Assembly (NCBI GenBank): GCA_964581495.1
Contig: CAZOOU010000001.1
Span: 1-62,716, forward strand
DNA length: 62,716 bases
From: an uncultured Haloferacaceae archaeon
Lineage (GTDB): Archaea; Halobacteriota; Halobacteria; Halobacteriales; Haloferacaceae
Reading direction: 5' to 3'
This document shows, one piece after another, positions 57,133 through 62,716 of the stretch. Position 1 is the first letter of the stretch, and the number at the start of each line of letters is the position of its first letter. The notes under the pieces are model-generated. The model had not been told where the DNA came from and made no database searches. It saw only the letters and a program-made list of their open reading frames with translations. Both the position numbers and the translations under genes were made by a program.

Positions 57133-58671
57133 TTAATCGGTGTCTACTGGCCGTTCGCCGCCCGTCAGTTCCGACGGATCGTCGACCGCCGATCTGTCGT
57201 CTCCCGATGACTCAGGCGTGGATTGCTCGCCGACGAGTCGGTTGGCCCATGTCCCACGACGGAAGTACGCGAGCGCGCGCGTCGCCATCAGCACGTTCGA
57301 GGCGGCCTCGCCGTACCAGATCCCGGTCGCACCCCAGCCTAGCGGCACCGCAAGCAGGTACGCCAACGCCGACCGGAGGATAATGTAGCCAACGAAGGCA
57401 AACACCAGCGCCAGCCGCGTCCGCCCGCTGCCGCGGAACCCGCCCTGAATAACGAAAAACATCCCGAGAAAGACGTAGCTGGCGGCGACAATCTGGAGAT
57501 ATTCGCCACCGATTTCGATGACCGTCGCCGCACCCATGCCGGTCACGAAGATACTGACAATGAGCGGGGCGAACAGATAGACGCCGAGCCCGAACGCCAG
57601 AAAGCAGCCGATGACGATCCCAATCGCAATGCGGACGCCTCGCTTTGCGCGGTCGACCTGCTGGGCACCCAGATTTTGGCCGACTACCGTCTCGACCCCA
57701 CGAGCCAGCCCCAGCGCGGGCAACACAACCATCGAGGTGACACGCGAGCCGATGCCGTAGGCGGCGACCGCCTCCGCGCCGGCGATGGCGACGAGTGCGG
57801 TCAGAATCGTCACGCTGAGGGCTTTCGTGCTGACTTCCAGGCTGGCGGGCGCGCCGATCGAAAAGATGCGGCGGATCGTCTCCCAATCGGGAGCGAAATC
57901 AGCCACGGAGATCGTGATACCGACCGACCCCGAGACCAGCAGCCAGATGCCGATCACCGCACCGATTCCGCGGGCGAGTATCGTCGCGATTGCCGCCCCT
58001 TGGACGCCAAACCCGGCAAAGCCGGTTGCCGCAAACAGCTGTGCCTCCAGCGACTCCAAGCCCGTCCACGCGAAGACGACGTTGTCCTGAAAGCCCAGAA
58101 TAAAAAACGGGTCGACGACGACGTTGAGTCCGACGCCGAACGCCATCAGATACAGCGGCGTTCGGGTGTCACCCCAGCCCTGCAGCAGCGACTGGAAGAC
58201 GAAGAAACTGAAAACGAACGGGATGCCGATGAACATCGTCCGGGTGTAGGTGACTGCCATCCCGTACTCGTCGGTGCCGGGAACAGCCCCTACCAGCTGT
58301 AGGAGCCACGGTGCGAGTAGATACCCCAGTACCGAAAACAGCAACGAGACGGCAACCACGAGCGAGATCGTCTGGCCGGCGACGTGGCCCACGCGGTCGA
58401 GGTTGCCCGCCCCCTTGTGTTGGGCGACCAGCACGGTACCGGCGATCGAAAACCCCAGCGAGAGGCTGATGACGAGAAACACGATCGCCCACGAAAACGA
58501 CAGCGCCGCAACTGCTGGCTGGCCCAGTCGACCAACCCAGAACGTATCGGCAAGATTGTAGCCAACCTGCAGGAGGTTGGTGAGAACGATCGGTAGGGAA
58601 AGAATAACAAGCGGTTTGACCAGCGGGCCGTCGGTGACGTTGACCGAGCGGTCACGGGTCGACGAACTCAT
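57133..58671 (-). CDS. MATE family efflux transporter
   Basis: YNLADTFWVGRLG, QGWGDTRTP, GQNLGA, about 12 TM. Confidence 0.93.
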   Translation of the reverse strand: MSSSTRDRSVNVTDGPLVKPLVILSLPIVLTNLLQVGYNLADTFWVGRLGQPAVAALSFSWAIVFLVISLSLGFSIAGTVLVAQHKGAGNLDRVGHVAGQTISLVVAVSLLFSVLGYLLAPWLLQLVGAVPGTDEYGMAVTYTRTMFIGIPFVFSFFVFQSLLQGWGDTRTPLYLMAFGVGLNVVVDPFFILGFQDNVVFAWTGLESLEAQLFAATGFAGFGVQGAAIATILARGIGAVIGIWLLVSGSVGITISVADFAPDWETIRRIFSIGAPASLEVSTKALSVTILTALVAIAGAEAVAAYGIGSRVTSMVVLPALGLARGVETVVGQNLGAQQVDRAKRGVRIAIGIVIGCFLAFGLGVYLFAPLIVSIFVTGMGAATVIEIGGEYLQIVAASYVFLGMFFVIQGGFRGSGRTRLALVFAFVGYIILRSALAYLLAVPLGWGATGIWYGEAASNVLMATRALAYFRRGTWANRLVGEQSTPESSGDDRSAVDDPSELTGGERPVDTD

Positions 58672-58838
58672 TCGGTGGCCCCAGGCTCACACAGTAGTCG
58701 ACAATCGGCGCGCTGGGCGCGTGGCAGAGTGACGTACTCAACTGTCCGGCAATACCGAGTTTCGTCTGCCCGGTCCGTTGCAGTCACGGAGTCGGTCTGC
58801 ATCTCGGTCGCCTCGGCGACCGTCCCCCCGAGTGCCAT
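58668..58838 (-). CDS. putative 56-aa leader ORF coupled to the MATE gene
   Basis: ATG about 26 nt after TTAA; open frame; TGA overlaps ATG58671. Confidence 0.4.
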   Translation of the reverse strand: MALGGTVAEATEMQTDSVTATDRADETRYCRTVEYVTLPRAQRADCRLLCEPGATE

Positions 58839-58957
58839 ACTATCCGACTATTCGGTTAGTCGGTTAACGCTTGTCGTTTCCACGGTCGACAACGTGGGTC
58901 GCGTTGTCGACTTTGACGTGAGTAAACAGTAGCTAACAGAAAGTAAGAGGTGACTAC

Positions 58958-60730
58958 TCAGTCGTCAGCCGGCGCGATTGGGTTGCCGTCGCCGTCGGTT
59001 GGCGCGGGCGAGGCATCCATATCGTCCTCGTCGGCGTACGGATACCACGTCATCTTCGTGTTGTGCATGTACGGATCATCGTAGCTGGTCTCTTCGGGTT
59101 CGATGAGGTCTTCGAGTTCCTCCTCGTCCTGCCGGGCGATGAACGTCCGGAACGTTTCGTCGCCCTCGCGCTGATCCTCAAAGCTCGCCAGCAGGTTCTT
59201 GATCGCTCCGGGAACCTCGTCGACGGGCACACGCTGGCCGACCCACTCGGCGAAGTGTGGGTTCTCGCCGAGGCCGCCGCCCAGACCGATGTCGAGTGCC
59301 TCGACCGGCTCGCCGTCCTTTCGGGTTTTCATTCCGCGCAGCGAGATGTCGGCGATCTGTGGCTGGGCACACGAGGCGGTACAGCCCGACAGGTGGATGT
59401 GGAAGTCCTCGACGCCCTCGGGGAGTTCGACGTTCTCTTTGAGCCACCGGGCGTAGCGGACCTGGCGGTTCTTCGTCTCGACAATCGAGAGCGAACAGAA
59501 CTCGGTTCCTGTACAGGCGACCGAGCCGCGCATGAACGGATGTGGATCGGGTGAGTAGTGTTCGAGAAGCTCCTCGTCGAGCAGGTCGTCGAGGTCTTCT
59601 TCAGGGACATCGGTGATCATCACGTTCTGTCGCTGGCTGATCCGGACTTCGCCGGAGCCGTACTCTTCGGCAAGTCGGGCGAGTTCGTGGGTATCGTCGG
59701 CACCCATTCGGCCGACGAGCACGTTGAGCCCGACGTAGTAGTTGCCGTCGCGCTGTTCGTGAACACCGATCAGATCGCCGTGTTCCTCGCCGCCCGCGTT
59801 GTAGGTGTACTGCTCGCGGAGATCCTCGCCAGCGGTTTCGAGTTCGAAGTCGACGAAATCCGCTTGGAGCGTCTTGCGGAACTTTTCGGGACCCCACTCG
59901 TCCATGAGGAACTTGATACGGGCGTTGTATCGGTTTTCGCGGTCGCCGTGTTCGCGGAACAGCGCGGAGATGCCCGCGGCCACGTCGGCGGCGTTTTCGG
60001 GGCGGACGAAGACATCGATTTGGCGGGCGATGCGTGGCTCGTTGCGCGAGAGACCGCCACCGACAGCGATGTTGAACCCACGGACCTCGTCGCCGTCGAT
60101 CTCCTTGTAGGCGGGTTCGAGCGCCAGATCGTTGATGTCGCCCTGGCCGGAGCCGTCGGGCGCGCCAGTAACTGAGACCTTCCACTTTCGGGGGAGGTTC
60201 GAGTGGTCTTCGTTGCCTTTGAACCGGTCGTTGAGCTCGTGGATCACGGGCAGGGCGTCGACGAACTCCGGGGCCTTGCCGGCCATCGGGTTGCCGACGA
60301 TGTTGCGCCACGAGTCACCACAGGCCTGTTGGGTCGAAAGCCCGTTGGATTCGAGTTTCTCAAAGATTTCCGGGATGTCTTCGAGCTTGATCCAGTGGAG
60401 CTGAATGGATTGGCGGGTCGTCCAGTCGACGTAGGCGTTACCGAACTCTGGATTGTCGACGGGGCCGCTGGCGTACTCTTTGGCGATGTCGGCGACGACT
60501 TCGGTTTGGCCCGGTTCGAGCACGCCGTTTGGCGTCCCGATCCGCATCATGAAGTAGCTTTCTTGGCCGTTTCGCTGGTGGTACAGTCCCCACCATTTGA
60601 AGCGTTCGAACCACGCATCGCTTTCGTCGTCCGGAATCGCGTCCCAGCCCTCTTCTGCAAACCGATAGAGGTGCTCGCGGATCTCGTTGCCGTAGACCTC
60701 AGATTTCCATCGCTCAACGTCAGTTGGCAT
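58958..60730 (-). CDS. ferredoxin-dependent nitrite/sulfite reductase (siroheme, 4Fe-4S)
   Basis: TTRQSIQLH, NLPRKWK, ACTGTEFC and SGCTASC cluster ligands; start MPTDVE. Confidence 0.94.
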   Translation of the reverse strand: MPTDVERWKSEVYGNEIREHLYRFAEEGWDAIPDDESDAWFERFKWWGLYHQRNGQESYFMMRIGTPNGVLEPGQTEVVADIAKEYASGPVDNPEFGNAYVDWTTRQSIQLHWIKLEDIPEIFEKLESNGLSTQQACGDSWRNIVGNPMAGKAPEFVDALPVIHELNDRFKGNEDHSNLPRKWKVSVTGAPDGSGQGDINDLALEPAYKEIDGDEVRGFNIAVGGGLSRNEPRIARQIDVFVRPENAADVAAGISALFREHGDRENRYNARIKFLMDEWGPEKFRKTLQADFVDFELETAGEDLREQYTYNAGGEEHGDLIGVHEQRDGNYYVGLNVLVGRMGADDTHELARLAEEYGSGEVRISQRQNVMITDVPEEDLDDLLDEELLEHYSPDPHPFMRGSVACTGTEFCSLSIVETKNRQVRYARWLKENVELPEGVEDFHIHLSGCTASCAQPQIADISLRGMKTRKDGEPVEALDIGLGGGLGENPHFAEWVGQRVPVDEVPGAIKNLLASFEDQREGDETFRTFIARQDEEELEDLIEPEETSYDDPYMHNTKMTWYPYADEDDMDASPAPTDGDGNPIAPADD

Positions 60731-60815
60731 ACTACGGTTCACTGTCCCCACACGTAAACAGCCCCCTACCGCGTCAACCCTCCCCGGTGGTTGCGTATAC
60801 CGGATACTGTTGCCG

Positions 60816-61139
60816 CTATCGGCTCTCTCGGCGTTCGATCGGCTGCAGAACCATGTTCTGGCGATCGTAGCCAGTGTACTCGCCGTGACGAATCTGGCCG
60901 ACCGGGAGTTTGCCGGGCACACCACTCGCTCCGCAGGCGATACACTGACCGTAGGTAGTGACTGCCACATCGCGGCCGTCGGCACTCACCTCAGTGAAAC
61001 CTTCAGCGATGAAGTCGACAAGCTCGCAGGAACAGAAATCCGGTGCATCAAGCCGCCAGAGTTCGCTCACGCTGACCCGGCGTTGATCGTTCACAGAGAG
61101 CCACGCACCGTCGTCGAGGATTCGGAGAGCCACGCTCAT
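60816..61139 (-). CDS. small Cys-containing hypothetical protein
   Basis: FCSC...GQCIACG potential metal site; an alternative ATG exists at 61160. Confidence 0.7.
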   Translation of the reverse strand: MSVALRILDDGAWLSVNDQRRVSVSELWRLDAPDFCSCELVDFIAEGFTEVSADGRDVAVTTYGQCIACGASGVPGKLPVGQIRHGEYTGYDRQNMVLQPIERRESR

Positions 61140-61357
61140 TGGATCTCCTTCGTGCTCCATCGGCCTGTATCAGTCGCCGACCGCAATCACTGACCGCACC
61201 GTTGACAGTCGTTGGCTGTCGAAACAGACCGTCGTCGGGCGGTTTTCGCTCAGTTGTTGCGTCACTGATAGCCGCAACATCATCCTACATTACTGAGCGC
61301 GGGCCAGTGTTACGGGTTAGACGACGGTTAACCGTACTCCCTGTGTAGACGGTATCG

Positions 61358-61447
61358 ATGACCGCAACGTACAACCCACGAACGCATGTCTCTGCAGCAG
61401 TCACAGCCGAACTCGACGCCGCCACCGAGACGGAGGCGGCCCAATGA
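61358..61447 (+). CDS. putative 29-aa leaderless ORF (MTATYNPRTHVSAAVTAELDAATETEAAQ)
   Basis: about 25 nt after GGTTAACC; GGAGG; TGA overlaps ATG61444. Confidence 0.5.
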   Translation: MTATYNPRTHVSAAVTAELDAATETEAAQ

Positions 61448-61680
61448 GCGACGACGAGACGAGCCACCTGTCGAACCTCTCGGATGGGGCCGGCTGTACT
61501 GAAATCTGGGAGCATCTCTCCGAACAGCGTGCAGCTGCCGACGCCGAAAGCGACGCCGACGCCAACGCGGAAGCCGAAGACACCGACACAGTCGACGGAG
61601 AGCAGACCGCCGATGATTCGTCCGATGATGCGCCCGACGATGCCGCCGATACGAATGCTGCCGGTGTCCCCTGTCCGTAG
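61444..61680 (+). CDS. small haloarchaeal protein with a DGAGCTEIWEHLSE motif and acidic tail
   Basis: conserved-looking N-terminal motif and D/A-rich low-complexity tail. Confidence 0.72.
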   Translation: MSDDETSHLSNLSDGAGCTEIWEHLSEQRAAADAESDADANAEAEDTDTVDGEQTADDSSDDAPDDAADTNAAGVPCP

Positions 61681-61848
61681 CTGACTGTCGACGCTATCTC
61701 TGGTCGACGGCACGCTGATATGCTGGTTTTGCCTCCGAGTTACTGGCCGAGATCGACCGGGGACGGCCGCACTGATCCGAGGACGGTTTTGCACAGCACG
61801 CACACCTGAACAGGGTATTTTTAATGACCGCGGCCATTGGACCGCACA

Positions 61849-62511
61849 ATGAGCAAGGAGTACGGCACTGACCGCGAAACCCCGGTCGGGACGCCGGTTG
61901 TCCGGGCGGACCCCGAAATTACTGGCGAGCGCGCCACCGAGGCTGTTGGCTTCGATCCTGACGACCCCGAAAGCGTCGACGAAGCCGCCACGGTCGTCCA
62001 CGACTTCGCGACCGGGGCGGTCGGCGGCAATGATCATGTGTTGATGCTGCGAGGGGCCGCAGCCTGTGCCGCGCTCGTCCGCGGGACTGGCTCATATAAA
62101 GCGGCCGCCGAGCGGGCCGGCGACGGTGTGACGGTCTCCTTTATCCGCAAGTGGGCACGCGTGCACGACCTCCCGCAGTCGATCCGTCGACACGTCGCTC
62201 GCGGACACATTGCACCGACCGCGGCCAAGCATATCGCCCGCGTTCCAACCGAGGATCGGTATCTGTTGGCGTGGGCCAGTCTCGACGCCGAGTTGACGGT
62301 CCGGGATATCCGGTCGGTCGCCAGTGCGATCAACAACGGCACTGCCGCCGAGACCGCCCTTCGAGACCACGGCATTGCACCCGGCGAGCTGTCGATGCAG
62401 CTGCCGGCGGATGTGTACACCGAGCTACGGCATCGAGCGTCGATGGAAAACCGGTTGCCGGGCGATGTTGTCGCCGAGGCACTCGCGGAGTTCTTTGCGG
62501 ACTCCCAGTAG
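61849..62511 (+). CDS. conserved haloarchaeal HTH-like protein (DUF7119-like)
   Basis: DRETPVGTPV, MLRGAAACAALVRG.GSY, FIRKWARVHDLP; TTTTAA upstream. Confidence 0.8.
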   Translation: MSKEYGTDRETPVGTPVVRADPEITGERATEAVGFDPDDPESVDEAATVVHDFATGAVGGNDHVLMLRGAAACAALVRGTGSYKAAAERAGDGVTVSFIRKWARVHDLPQSIRRHVARGHIAPTAAKHIARVPTEDRYLLAWASLDAELTVRDIRSVASAINNGTAAETALRDHGIAPGELSMQLPADVYTELRHRASMENRLPGDVVAEALAEFFADSQ

Positions 62512-62609
62512 CCCGGTCGGTGTTGTCAGTCTGGTCGACTGTGTGAATCGCCGTCGTAGTCGCCGGTGATAAAAACCCTTATCAGCAAGTGCAGGATAAA
62601 ATACGATGA

Positions 62610-62683
62610 GGGCTGGTAGCTCAGTTAGGGAGAGCGTCTGGCTTTTAACCAGACGGTCGGGGGTTCAACTCCCTCCCAGCCCG
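62610..62683 (+). tRNA. tRNA-Lys(TTT)
   Basis: acceptor stem GGGCTGG/CCAGCCC; anticodon arm TCTGG-CTTTTAA-CCAGA; GGTTCAACTCC; followed by a T-run. Confidence 0.96.
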
Positions 62684-62716
62684 TTTTCCTGCGAGTAAAA
62701 AGAGTAGTGAAAACGC

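Noticed and set aside
1551-62609. Provirus or integrative element between the two tRNAs
   Set aside because: No integrase, att duplication, viral or transposase genes were recognised.

Overview
Chromosomal segment of a halophilic archaeon, judged from the acidic proteins, high GC, TATA/BRE-type promoters, PGF-CTERM, HalOD1 and HTH-10 (Bat-like) families. It runs from about tRNA-Val(CAC) at 1476 to tRNA-Lys(TTT) at 62610. From 1.5 to 12.8 kb is an accessory, partly decayed patch: Lrp and GMC-oxidoreductase remnants, a carotenoid cleavage oxygenase, a Bat-like regulator, a thiamine-related gene pair, SppA and a metallophosphoesterase. From 12.8 to 19.9 kb are transport and surface genes. From about 19.9 to 57 kb is a large surface-glycan/exopolysaccharide locus: glmM, glmS, a WbpA/B/E/D-like diacetamido-uronic acid pathway, a formyltransferase, three deacetylase-fold proteins, two FemAB-like GNATs, GT2/GT4, DUF354, a flippase, a GT-C-like membrane protein, a Tat beta-helix lipoprotein, a PGF-CTERM protein and several small or membrane-anchored regulators. 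Two signals stand out. (1) An 8-mer, ATAACAAA, occurs in 11 exact intergenic copies, all oriented with the downstream gene. It often ends 26-33 nt before a start codon, in place of a canonical TATA box, suggesting a dedicated core-promoter element or regulon. (2) Thirteen short unannotated ORFs (11-56 aa) have stop codons that overlap the next start codon, suggesting ribosome hand-over through mini-ORFs. All calls were made by eye from sequence motifs; no database searches were run.
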